A stretch of DNA of 64,000 bases from Mytilus trossulus (taxonomy: Eukaryota). Of this stretch, positions 12,835 through 25,666 are shown piece by piece. The stretch's first letter is position 1. Every line of letters starts with the position of its first letter. The notes below the pieces were generated by a model. It did no database searches, had not been told where the DNA came from, and saw only the letters and a list, made by a program, of their open reading frames with translations. The position numbers and the translations under genes are program-made. The DNA lies in the NCBI RefSeq assembly GCF_036588685.1, contig NC_086373.1, forward strand, positions 77,066,001-77,130,000, in the 5' to 3' direction.

Positions 12835-13339
12835 AAGAGATAACTGTATTGTATTTGAAGCTTTAAGGACGTCCATCGGTAGTTTTACTGTCGCAAATTT
12901 AGTTTACCTGGCGACGCGGATGGACGTCCGCAAAGCTTCAAATACAATACAGTTATCTCTATTCTAATGCAAAACAAGTTCAATATTAAATTTCAATCAT
13001 TATTTCAGTGTAAAATCTTCATTAAAGAAAATTCCGCGAAAAAATGTTATCTTCTTTGGTCCCTACAATAGGTGACGTCATAGTTATGCTTCCGGCGTCA
13101 AACATAAACACCGGGCGTTTTATGGCTTCTGTGCCGCTTCAAAATGTAATAAAATTTGATAAAAAGGAGATTTTTAGGCGCAACAAGTGAGTTTTTTTGT
13201 TTATTATTGTAGAAATATCATGTCAATACATTCCGAAATTCAAAATGTCGGCTTCCCTAGTTACAGACAAGGAGATAGAGAATTTTACGCTTGCTGTCAT
13301 CCAATCAGAACAATGGTTACAAAATAATTGCATTAGAAT
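12835..13339. mobile_element. Non-autonomous element with a terminal hairpin and an internal inverted repeat (ATTCTAATGCAA...TTGCATTAGAAT)
   Basis: A closely similar second copy lies at ~57717-58257, inside the Penelope-like element. The copy here has lost part of the hairpin loop. Confidence 0.8.
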
Positions 13340-13678
13340 CTAAATTCTACATACATTGATCGAGTGTAAAGACATTACAAGACTTAAGAATTATTAAAGT
13401 TAATATAGAAGGTAAAATAACAAAAATACCGAGCTCAAAAGATTTTTTAAAAATTTTATTATTACAAAATACATTGATAGAAGATTTCCAACCAGAGAAA
13501 GGCTCATAACCTTCGATAAGTAGTCAGGACTTGATTATAAGTATGCAATGAAAGTAAATGAAAGTGAATTTAATAAATGTGAAAGAAACTACATTTCAAT
13601 AAATATATACCCCATACATTTGTATATTATAAATATGTAATATGCACAAGCCACAGATACAGACTTGAGTCCATATTT

Positions 13679-16600
13679 CTAATTTTCGGTGCATTCCCGT
13701 TTCGCTAAATATTCTTTGATTCTTGGATAACCTGCTATTCTCTGTCGATGAGCTAACAACTTGGGAAACTTGTCCAATAAATTTGTATCCTTTTGCAAAA
13801 CGCTGGTCAAACCTTCGTATACAGCTACATCAGCCATTGTAAGCTGAAATAAATAAAATGTTTACATTTGTTTAAATAAAAAAAAATACACGCTAAAAAC
13901 ACATACAGATATATACGGAAGCCCTGGAGTGCCATGCAAAAAAAAAAATACGATATATGTTAGATTTTTATCATGCAGTTTTGTCTATTATATTATGTTG
14001 TATCATTATTCTTTAACCTGTAGGAAGTGTAAAATGAACTTTTCTAAGATACAGTTTTCATAGTTGACAAAAGATGATCAATTCATCCTTAACATGAAAA
14101 CGGAAGTTATACATCACGTCGAAAAAAGTAGAAAAAATACTCTATCATTTACTTCTTCTTACCGTAGAACCAACAAAGAATCCATCTCCACCTTTGTTCT
14201 GTTTTAACCATTCCTCAAAAGTTGCAAGCTTATCAGGAACATATTCATTCAACAATTTCCGAAGCTTTTCCTCCTTAAATTAAAAAAATTTCAATGAACT
14301 TTCTCTATGTATAATAACTGGTAAATAATTGAGTCGGTGATTTCATTACCACACCATTATTTTACTTCTAAACTGAATGCGTTATTTGATACAAAAAAAA
14401 AATGATTTGAAAGTTTGCCTGAAATCTTTAATAATACAAACGGAGATATTGTAGATAGTACGATCCTTATAAAATACTTTCGATAATAGATGGATATGTT
14501 TTTGCATTTACGACAAAAGAATATCAGAAAAATATCTAATTCAAAAAAATTGAATGAAAATCTCATAATTTGTTGTTTGATCTGTAATTTATTGTGTTAT
14601 ATGAATTGTGGATTGCTATTTGTTGGTTAAGTAATGATCAATACTTTCTGTATTGTGTTTGGCGGATTGTTGTTTGTTTAATTAGGGTTGGATAATCTTT
14701 AGTTTCCTGTGCTGTTTTTTTAACCAATGTTGTATGTTGGGTTACTGTTAGTGTTGATCAAACTTAATGATATATGTGTTGTGTCAAGTTTGTGGATTGT
14801 TTGTTGGACTAGTGTTGTGTTTTGTGGATGGCTTGTTGTACTAGTGTTGTGTTTTGTGGATGGATGTTGAAATAGTGTTGCATTTTGTGGATTTTTTGTT
14901 GTACTAGTGTTGCATTTTGTGGATTGTTTGTTGTATTAGTGTTGTGTACTGTGGATTGTTTTGTTGTACTAGTGTTGTGTACTGTGGATTGTTTTGTTGT
15001 ACTAGTGTTGTGTTTTTTGGATTTTTTGTTGTACTAGTCTTGTGGTTTGTGAATTGTTTGTTGTACTAGTGTTGTGTTTTGTGGATGGTTTGTTGTACTA
15101 GTGTTGTGTTTTGTGTTTTGTTTGTTATTATAGTGTTGCGTATTGTGGATGGTTTGTTGTACTAGTGTTGTGTTTTGTGGATGGTTTGTTGTACTAGTGT
15201 TGTGTACTGTGGATTGTTTTGTTGTACTAGTGTTGGTCGATCTTGAGTTTCTGTGCTGCTTTTTAATGATTGTTGTTTGTTGGGTAAGTGTTGGTTGATC
15301 TTTAGTCATCTGTGTTATATTTTTGTGGATTGTTGTTTGTTGGTTTAGCTGGTTGATATTTAGTGTTTCTATGATTTGGTTTGTTGATTATTGTTTGTTT
15401 AAAACAATATACAAAAATCGAGTTACATATTTTATTATACTTAAATTTGAGAATGGAAATGGGGAATGTGCCAAAGAGACAACAACCCGACCATAGAAAA
15501 GACAACTGCAGAAGGTCACCAAAAGGTCTTCAATGTAGGCTAGCGAGAAATTCCCGCATACTTGCATTTACTGAACGCATTTGAATTTTATCTTTGATAG
15601 CCAAGAGTTGTAATCATTGGCTAGCGAAAATGCTGAAATAGAGCAACTGCGTGTTTTTTTTAAATTTATATGAAAATATATCGATTTCAGGTTAATCCAT
15701 CAATGATTTATTTAGTCTCTATAGAAGCAATGAATCACTGACTACCTCACCTGAACCAATTATTAGAAAAGTTGACAAAATCCTAAAACATTGACCTCAC
15801 GAATATTAATTTCTTTTCCGGTTGTATCTGTTGGTTTTCCTTTAAAATGATGAGGGCGATGTGTAATAGAATATAATGTATAGCTTACCTTTTTGTCAGA
15901 ATCTTTCTCGAGAAAATAGCTGTAAAATTGTTCTGTCAGGTCATTAGCGGTGTAAACAATCTGGTCCACCTGGGCCTGATCCCAGTCAGATTTACCTGCT
16001 AGTCCTAAAGTAAAAGGTTATAATTATATATCAATTATCTGAGACATGTACACATAACACTGGTCTAACAAGCCAAATGCAAGTATGAATATTTTGTAGT
16101 ATAATAATAGTTAAAAATGTACTGCAGAGATATACTTTGCTGATTAACTCATATTTGATATATTATTGCAAAATTAACGTGTTTATGTAAAAATATTCAT
16201 CGAAGGACAGACATCCTGCAGTGTATTATAAAAAAGAGGATATGATATGATTGCCAATGAGACAACTCTCCACAAGAGACCAAAATGACACTATTTGTTT
16301 GTTTCCGAAAGGTTATAACTTTCATTTCGATCAATAACAAAAAACTGAATTAGCCGTTATTATTTCAATTTCTGTTTTGAGTCATTCTCAGCAGATGCAT
16401 GATATATCATTTCCTGTTTAATAGGATGTATAATAAGTCGATCTATTTTAAATATAAAATATCTGATTTTGGTATGCTCATGTAGGTGTAAGTAACTTAA
16501 GATAGATCTAAATTGTAATCATATTGAATACAATTATTCATCAGTTCTCTCTTTTCCCCCCAGTTTTCTGACAAACTATAGTTATTTGGTTCAGTAACAT

Positions 16601-17981
16601 TTTCTGTTCACTTTCCAGTAGTTTTGTGATTTTGTTCTTAACATTTATAGCGTAAACTGCTACCCTATCGCGTATTCAGAAGAAGGAATTGCTGTGTCGT
16701 CTAACTTACCACAAGTTCTTGCAATAAACCGTGCAATGGCCAGGCTTTGTGTAAGATATTGTCCTTTGTACTCTAGCATTGGCAACTGACCATTAGGAAA
16801 AGCTGAATAATAAAAATATTTAATATCATAGCCAGGAAGAAAAAAAGCAGAAAACAAACAATAAAATATTGACTAGTTGTTCCTTATGCCAATAATGGTC
16901 ACTCAAAAGAATCCAGGCTGATTAGGTCCGGTAGAAGCCGGTTCTATACAAGTTTCTTAATTGTTCACACATATAATGATAGTACATATGTATAGCATCA
17001 GTCAGTGGTGTCCAGAATATCAAACACAAGTCACAAATAAAATTGTTTTTATAAAGGTTTAATGGCTCAATTTTTACAACAATGTGTATATTCATGATCT
17101 TTTCTGTAAATCACCTAAAATGTGAAAGAGGGGTGCATTTGTACATGTGTATATTGGGGACCATTTATCATAACTGTTTTATCAACTGATACTTTGCACG
17201 CTTTTTTTAAAATGAAATTGTAAAATCTACACGTTGAAGTAAGTTAAAAATATAAAGAGTGAAACATTTCGAATAAAAATAATAATGCCTGTTAAAAGGT
17301 TCTAGATGTTAATGAAGATTTGCTTGCCTCTCACATTATCTTGTCTAAGTTATAATAGACTTAAATCTTCTACCGCGTATTTGTTCGAAATACCTCCAAG
17401 ACATGGATGGTCATGATGGAGGCCAAGAAAAAATAAACCGAGCATTCCAATTTCAAATGACCTTGTATTAATTTTATCCCTATAACAGAATTTGACTTTA
17501 TGCATTCAACCGTTTTAAAGTTATTGATTAATCACCTCTTGTGGGAATTTTCTATAGGAATAAACAATTTGGGAAACAAGCCACGAAACCTTCAATGAGA
17601 TAGTGCAAGTGTTCTTTACTGCAAAGAGAAAATGTAACGAACGAGGAATCGTATTCAAATTTTATTCGCCGCGAGATTGTGAGTGTTGGCTCGGTTGTTG
17701 ATCCCCTTTACTATTTACCACGAGATTTAATGTACATCATTAAAATTTTAGTGTTTGCTCCCCCCTTTTCCCCCATACATCTTCGGATCAATCATTTTAT
17801 CCTTAAGTTATATCAGAATCTGTGCATTTTTAAAATAAATATACTTACTCTTTTTCTTTTCTGGAAATTCTGATCCTGGAATACGTATGTCGTCAAACTT
17901 AATTCCAGCAGCGACACACATAATTCTAGTTAGTTCAGCTCTACCACGAACAGGAAAATAATACAATTTATAATCGGCCAT
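13679..17981 (-). CDS. GST: Glutathione S-transferase, sigma class, 205 aa; exons (minus strand) 17981-17849, 16802-16710, 16004-15889, 14273-14163, 13843-13679
   Basis: Spliced translation MADYKLYYFPVRGRAELTRI...TFPNGQLPMLEYKGQYLTQSLAIARFIARTCGLAGKSDWDQAQVD...GFFVGSTLTMADVAVYE...FPKLLAHRQRI...RECTEN*. All introns are GT-AG with consistent phases; the N-terminal Tyr and the GQLP/QS glutathione-site motifs are present. Confidence 0.93.
14780..15240. repeat. Minisatellite, ~32-bp unit (TACTAGTGTTGTGTTTTGTGGATGGTTTGTTG), in GST intron 3
   Basis: More than a dozen tandem copies with degenerate flanks. Confidence 0.92.
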
Positions 17982-18231
17982 TGATGATGTCCGTATGTAA
18001 TGCTGTGTATTTTACTAAATAGTACTTGTATTAGAAATTAGAACATATAATAGGCTTTTTGATAATTACACAGTAATCTTTACTGGTTTAAAAAACCGTA
18101 ACATGATAGTCAATAGAAAGAACTCTCAAAACATTTACACAAAAACAGGTAAATGCTATTTTTAGAACTTTTGCTTGTTACTATATTTTGACCTACTAGT
18201 CGTTTTCATCTGTGGTATAAAAGTCAAGAGT

Positions 18232-21200
18232 CACTAGGGTAAAGCTGCATTCACGGTCATCCCAAGATGTCGGACGAAAAATTAGGTCAGTATTTTTATT
18301 GTCTGTTAAGTTGTTTCTACATCATTTTCTTTACAAAGCATACATTGGTACGATGTAAATTTATAAAAGATTCACACGGAAGTCACAAATCTCTTCTGAG
18401 GAACGTGTGTAGAACGGGAAATTGGATTTGAAAAATTCGCTAAGATGACCGTAAATCATCTTTAAAATATTTTCAAGATGACCGTAACATATAATAAGGA
18501 TGACCGTTATTGGTAAAATGATGACCGTAATTTCGAAAGGATGACCGTACCTTTCATAGTATAAACGTCATTCATTTCTAAGAAATATCCGTATTTGTAT
18601 TACCTTTTTTGTATCAAGTAATTAATCGTGTTGGTGTAAGACGTATTTATAAGACAACATAAGTTTAAACAATATTTATTCAGATAATTCATCATGATAC
18701 GATATTATACAACGGAAATAATATTCAGGATTCAGAAACAAGCAATTTGTTTTTACAAATCTGTCTCCTTTACAAAAATAATAGTGATGAAGCATTGACA
18801 TCAAGGGTTAAAACGTTTACTTTTAATAATATATGTCTGCACCAAACTAAATAAAAGACTATTTTGTTCATCTGAGAGTACCGTTGATCCAAAAAGTTTT
18901 AGTGTTAATTTGGACAGGAAGAACTGAAACAGGATCCATTAGTTCTTTTCTTAAATTAGTATATATAGGACAAGATAACAGGAAGTGAGAATTTGTTTCT
19001 ACATCACCACAACGACAATTTGGAGAGTCTACTAAGTTACGAAGGAAAAGGTGAGAATTCAATGAGCTTAAATCCACTCTTAAGAGAGCATGAAGAATTT
19101 GACCAAAACGATGTCCTATATAATAATACGCTGGGATCTTACTATTTTGTGTACTAATTTGTTTTTTGAATAATGATAAAGATTCACATTTTCTTATGCT
19201 TAAGTTAAGAGTGTTCCATAGTTTTGTTGTTGCAGGGATGAAATATTCAGAATATAAACGGGTCCGTGTGTTGACTTGTGAAATATTATTTCTCTGTCTT
19301 GTATTATGATCATGCCTACTGCCTACTGAATCAGGCAATAAGTCTCTTAAATACTCTGAAGTTTTATTATTCAAAATTTTGTGATAATGAGTTAGTCTGT
19401 GATTGCGTCGTCTTTCAGATAATTTTTCCCATCGAGTTTCAACATATAAATTTTTTATACTGGTAAGTTTAGTACCCCCGTGACGATACGCACTGCGTCA
19501 AGCTGAATACTTTCAAGTTTAGCAATCAAATTGTGATTTTGAGAGTCCCAAACGACATCGGCATATGCAAGAATTGGGCGAACAAATGATATGTATTTTT
19601 TTTCAAGTCAAAATCTATCAAGAACATTTTTCTCATTATATTTATTCTTTTGTAAGATTTAGAAACTATATATTCAATATGGTCGTTCCAGGATCCGTTG
19701 TTAGAAAAAAAGACACCCAGATGTTTGTGTTTACTTACTGTTTGTAGCTCTTGGGTGTTCATATTTAATGGAGGATGAAATGGTCTATTTTTGTTTTTGA
19801 AATTATCATACTTTCAGTTTTTTGGGCATTAAAATTAACAAACCATTTTTTTGACCAATATTATGACAAATCTTATCTAGATCGTCATTAAAATTTTAGC
19901 TGTTTCTGTTGGATTGTCAAACATAATATATAATGAAGTGTCATTTGCGAATAGCTTAATTTGAGCTTGAATGTCTTCTACAATATCGTTTATAAATATA
20001 AAAAAAAAATAGAGGGCCTAGAATGGACCCTTGTGGGACGCCTGCATTTACAGGTAACCATTCGGAACTTGAACCGTTAATAACAACCCGCTGGACTCTA
20101 ATTGTAAGATAATTTTCAAACCACCTTAGTAAAGAACCCGGTATGCCCGCTTGTTGAAGTTTAAATAGCAGTCCCTTATGCCAGACTCGATCAAACGCTT
20201 TACCTATATAACAGAATACTACCGGCCTTATTTCTTTACCGCTATCTAAAAGCCTTCCCAAAATCATTCGAAATGTTAATTAATTGATTAACTGCTGAAT
20301 CCCCCGTGTAAAGCCCGACTGATTTTTCGTTAAAATATTATTGCGCATAAAGTGATTGTAAACATTTTTATATACACATCGTTCCATTCACTTTGATATT
20401 ACACTCAACAAGGAAATAGGTCTATAGTTTTTAACGTCATTCGGTTTACGATTTTTATAAACTGGGGTAACATTTGCTCTTTTCCATTGATCTGGAAAAG
20501 TAGACGTACTTAACCATGTTAACGATAAGTTAAATAGTTTACATAGTGGATACTTTAAAACAGAAGATGCTTCTTTTAAGATCTTTTAACAATTTGGGAC
20601 TTCTGAGGTCTGGGCAAGAAGCTTTTGTGGGATTAACAATTTTTAATATATCTTCAACTTCAGTAACAGTAAGTTCTATATAACTAATGTCATCACTAAT
20701 ATTATGAAGTTCTTCAGGTAACACAGCACTTGGATCATCAATATTTGATTGGGAAGAAAAAAATCGATTAAATTCATTTGCCTTTTCGATTTCATCAAAT
20801 ATTTTAAAAGTTGTTATTAACCATTAATGGGGGTACATTTGCGTCGTTTGTTTTTAATCCGGATATTTGTTTAACCGTTTTCCACCAGTAATTAGTAATG
20901 GACGGGTTACTGTTCATGATTTTTTTGATTAAATTGTTGTTATAATCATCCTTCGATTTTCTTATTAAACTAGTAACTTCATTTCGTATTTTCTTAAATT
21001 TTGACCACTCCGAAGGGTTACATGTATTATATTTTTTTGCCTTTCTGTGGATTCTATTTTTTGTCCTTATCTTTTTTTTAACACCATTTGTTAGCCATGG
21101 AGGTTCATTTTTGGGAACAGTTATTATTTTTTTTGGAATACATTTTTCAGCAGCTTCTATGATAGTTTTTGTTATTTCGGTTGTAAACTGTTCAACGTTA

Positions 21201-22051
21201 TTTAAGTTAATTACGGAATCCCAATTTTTTTCAGATTAAATGTTACGATATATGTCATAGTCTCCTCGATCATATAGCCAAATTTTCCGCTTAAAAGTTT
21301 TTTGACGACATTTTGGAAAGTTCAAAAGACTGATTATAGGACAGTGGAAACGTATTTGGTCTAATTAAGGTGGCCCGACTCCACAGTAAGTTATTATGTG
21401 AGCATCATTTGTTATAAAAAGGTCTAACAATGATGACGACGATTCAGTAAAATGAGTAGGTTCATCTATCATTTGAGTAAGACTAAATTGGCTTAACAAA
21501 GGTGTAATTTTTGAAGACAAAATTATCCTAAAGGTAGACAAAAATAAGACGTGCTTCAAATACATGGTTCGTCATATGTAGCATCCAACTACAAGCCAAA
21601 TAGTTAAAAAGAACTAACCGAGCCCCTATTGCGACAAACTCAACAAAAACAATGTATACAAATATGGATAGTTCTTTCACTTGACGGTCATCCTTTTAAA
21701 TTTAGTCATTCTTTATAAATTACGATCATCCTTAACAATTTACGGTCATCTTTTAACCAATTACGGTCAGCCTTGTTATGAATCGCTAATCCTATTACGG
21801 TCATCTCGATTTCGATTTATGGTCATCCTCGCGAATTTTTCAAATCCAAATTCCCGTTTTATACACGCTCCTCGGTAGAGATTTGTGACTTCCGTGTGAA
21901 TCTTTTATATATTTACATCGTATCAAAGTATGCTTTGTAAAGAAAATGATGTAGAAACACCTTAACAGACAATAAAAATACTGACCTAATTTTTCATCCG
22001 ACATCTTGGGATGACCGTGAATGCAGTTACGGTCATCAGCTTTACCCCAGT
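18232..22051. mobile_element. DNA element with long (~230-bp) terminal inverted repeats and subterminal GATGACCGTA repeats, interrupted by a LINE
   Basis: 18232-18455 (CACTAGGGTAAAGCTGCATTCACGGTCATCCCAAGATGTCGG...) is the reverse complement of ~21815-22051 (...CCGACATCTTGGGATGACCGTGAATGCAG...AGCTTTACCCCAGTG). No clear TSD. Confidence 0.8.
18655..21530 (-). mobile_element. Degenerate, 5'-truncated LINE (CR1/L2 group) with endonuclease end, RT and C-terminal fragments
   Basis: ORF fragments EPTHFTESSSSLLDLFIT, KAFDRVWHKGLLFKL, GVPQGSILGPLFF, HKHLGVFF, CRCGDVETNSHFLLSCP, separated by frameshifts and stops. Confidence 0.88.
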
Positions 22052-23659
22052 GAAATATAAAGTCGGCGCAAATCATCGGAAAAAATGAAATCGGCGCAAA
22101 TGAAAGAATAAAAATTTTCAAAATCGGCGCAAATGTCATACGCCCAAATATATATATTCAACGCATTTGAACTTGTCTGTAGGCTCAAAACAGTTTTAAA
22201 CATATTTTTGTCACGATTGACCTAATATTTTAAAACTATAATGGATAAACTGTAATTTTGGACACAAAAAAAACCCGGTAAAATAAGATCTTTAAATAAT
22301 TCTTCATTTGACTTCATTCTTAAAGGAGAAGTATAATTCCCTGAACCATGTTGACCCCTTGGCTTCTTTTCATTTTTGCTTTTCATCCTAAAACTATAAA
22401 GAATAGACAAAAACTTGTGTAAGCAAAAATTACTAGTATTCAAATATTTTGACCCTTACAGTTTCCATTCTAATCATTGTTTTGGTTGTATTAAACCCCC
22501 AAAACATAGTCTGCACTATAATGAGGGGTTCGAAATATTTAACATTGACCGTTGAAGCTATATATGCAGAAAAATTGAAACAACTTATTTTCGTGAAAAG
22601 CACAAAATACCAACACAAAAATGTTGAATTATTTAAGGATCACTGATAACAGGTCTAGAACATGTATTTATTTACTGAACTTAATTTTAGAAAACGTAAA
22701 CAACAACTACATTCTCTATATACATTGTATCTAAACAAATGGAACCTAGTTAAAGATAACACGGAGAGTGCTTGAAAAATAATTTAAAAAAGGTCATTAC
22801 TTTTTAAGATTCGATAGGTCAAATTGAGAGTGGAAATGGGGAATGTGACAAAGAGACAAAAACCCGACCATAGAACAGACAACAACAGAAGGTCACCAAC
22901 AGGTCTTCAATGCAGCGAGAAATCCCCGCACCCGCGCCCGCATGCGTATGCATGTTTAAATGATCTCAACAACCTTAAATATGACTGGACAAAGAGTGAT
23001 AACAATGTTTAAAATGTTAAAACCACATTAGAATGAAGTCTGAATTTGTTTATCATAAGTGTATGTGTCTTTATAATACGGAATACAAAATGGTCTGGAG
23101 TGTAAAATGCCAGACTGCACAGTGGTCATACTGTACACAATTTGTTACGTTCAATTTGGTTAAATTTCAGATATCTTAACTATTGTGAGAATAGGCATTC
23201 TGACTCAAAAGCCTAAAAGCTTTTACATGTAAAAAAAAAACATTTACAAAAAAAATAAAACGCAAAGAATGATTATGTTTGAAATATCAAAGCGAAGATG
23301 TGAGTAGGATTGCTTATAAAGACAACTCATCAGAGTAGTTCCAAAATGACAAAGCAATTAACAGCTTTAGGTCACCGAGCGGCATTTAACAATGAGCAAA
23401 GCACAAACCGCATAGTTAGCTAAAAGGACTAAAGTTACGTTTGAAATACATGCAGTTGATTTGTTTTGTTTATTTGATGTCGCTATGCACTTTATTTATT
23501 GTTTATTACTGGTTTTTCTATTTGCACAAGGAAGTGTACTGTTTCTACAACTCAATGAATGGAGCCCGCTTTACTGTGTGGTATACATGCATGAATACGC
23601 AGAACATGGACACCTAACATGACAGGCCAGTATAACAGTGATACACCAGAAACTCTACA

Positions 23660-24150
23660 CAATTAATTACGAAAAAAGGGATGACTTTTCTTTCTCTATT
23701 GTTAATTTTCATTATTTGAACGATGATTTCCCGTATACGGTGTTTATTTATCCCATATCGTTTGCTATGCCCGTGTGTGTAGTGAATTTGTTTTCTCAAT
23801 GAGAATAATCTAGGTTCTACTTACAAATGATTAAGTCAAGGATTTCTTGCAACAAATTGCTTAAAAATCTACTTTTAAAACTCTTCCATAGAAGAGAAGG
23901 TTTGGTTTGCAAGTTTGGCTGTACCTCAAAAAGTTCATACGGAATAGCACATCCTTTTATTTTACGGCGATGATGTTACCGAACTCTTTAATTTAGATAC
24001 GAATTGGATAAATTATATATATTATCAATGATCCTTTAAATAAACTTATTCTTAAAGTTTACTAACTCAATACTGAAGTTACAATTTTGAATATTGTTTG
24101 TATTGGTATAGAGAAAAGTTGTCAGTAAATTAAAACCATACTAATATTCC
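23660..24150 (+). mobile_element. Old Penelope-like RT 3' remnant
   Basis: Encodes YEKRDDFSFSIVNF-like sequence. Related remnants lie on the minus strand at ~11040-11400 and ~43990-44480. Confidence 0.5.
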
Positions 24151-24519
24151 ACATACTGCAATACGCCGATACCTTTATTTGGTATCGTCAGTTGTTATTG
24201 GCTTTGAACTAGCTGTCAGTAACTGCGACTACTAGATCAGATCTGTTCATAGTATCTTTTTTGCTTTTAGGGATAGGGATGTATAATACCCTGCCATGTC
24301 CGGTTTGTTTTTTTGTTTAATGATTTTCTGCTTTGTATCTATTTTGATGAGTTAAGCCTTGTTCAACTGATATTTATAATACAATGTCTATACTTTAATA
24401 TGCTGTATTGTAACACCACTAAGGGGACGGTTGACACACACAAACATTCTGTATGTGGCTGACCTCAGTCAGAGGTCTGTAGTTCAGTGATAGTCTTTGG
24501 TTATATTTTTCGTGAAATG

Positions 24520-24845
24520 TTTTTATGCCCAACCTACGATAGTAGAGGGGATTTATGTTTTCTGGTCTGTGCGTCCGTTCGTCCGTTCAATCGTCCGTTG
24601 TAACGTTTGTCCGTCCGTCCGTCCCTCCGTCTGTCCCGCTTAAGGTTAAAGTTTTTGGTCAAGGTAGTTTATGATGAAGTTGAAGTCCAATCAACTTGAA
24701 ACTTAGTACACATGTTCCCTACGATATGATCTTTCTGATTTTAATGCCAAATTAGAACTTTTATCCCAATTTCACGGTCCACTGAACATAGAAAATGATA
24801 GTGCGAGTGGGGCATCAGTGTGCCAGGAACACATTCTTGTTTGTT
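24520..24845 (+). mobile_element. Helentron-associated (DINE-1/HINE-like) non-autonomous element with CCGT microsatellite
   Basis: T-rich start TTTTATGCCC, (CCGT)n-like tract, GGGGCAT inverted motif and CTTGTTT end. Similar elements at ~8960-9200, ~39300-39885 (-) and ~47380-48290. Confidence 0.55.
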
Positions 24846-25666
24846 ATCAATTAGTCCGTTATTTTTCTCAATTGAATCGTTTAACATTTTAAATTCGAGT
24901 GGGAGGCATTTGAACTTTGGTGGAAAGTGGTCTTATTGGCAACCATACCCATCTCCTTATTTTTACATATGGTATGCACCTATGAGACAGTTATCCAACG
25001 ACACAAAAAAAATCTAGAGGTGAGAATACGACCTTCAAGATACAATTTTGATTCACTAATGTCAAAATCATCATGCATAGCCTTCGTTGTTTGTTTTTTG
25101 GTTCAGTTTGTATCCATTTGTTATTGTCTTTCTATCTTTTTGTGATTCTTCCTGTTTGTTTTTATATTAGTATATATGTAGTAGTGTTACTATAGCATTT
25201 GTTGTAGTGTTGCCAAATTGGGTGCATGCTTATTTATATACAAAAAATGTATAATGAAATAAAATATCAAATAATACTGGCATGGATTTTAAACTATTGG
25301 TATCACGTTTCCTTACTTTGATGGTGATTACAATCTTTTAAATCAGCACATCTATTATGTTTTTTCAAACCTTCCACAACGTATCCACAATAACCCTGAC
25401 TATTGAATATTATCAGTCATTAATATCATTATATTCGTTAATGACATGCAATTAATTAAAAATGTACCTGTCATATTTCGAAGTCCCATTGCACCTTTGG
25501 CTTATTCGTATTTATTAGGTTTGAAAAATTCATTAAAATATGAAAAGATATTTGGCAGATATGTATTCTATATTATAAAATAGATTCTAAATAAACCAGA
25601 AGCTCTGTGGTTAGGTTGGTTACTTATGAAATCGGAAGGCCAGTCTGCCACCATTGGAATTCCATT

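Noticed and set aside
15034-15309. Thr/Gln-rich mucin-like ORF
   Set aside because: It is a translation of an intronic minisatellite within the GST gene.
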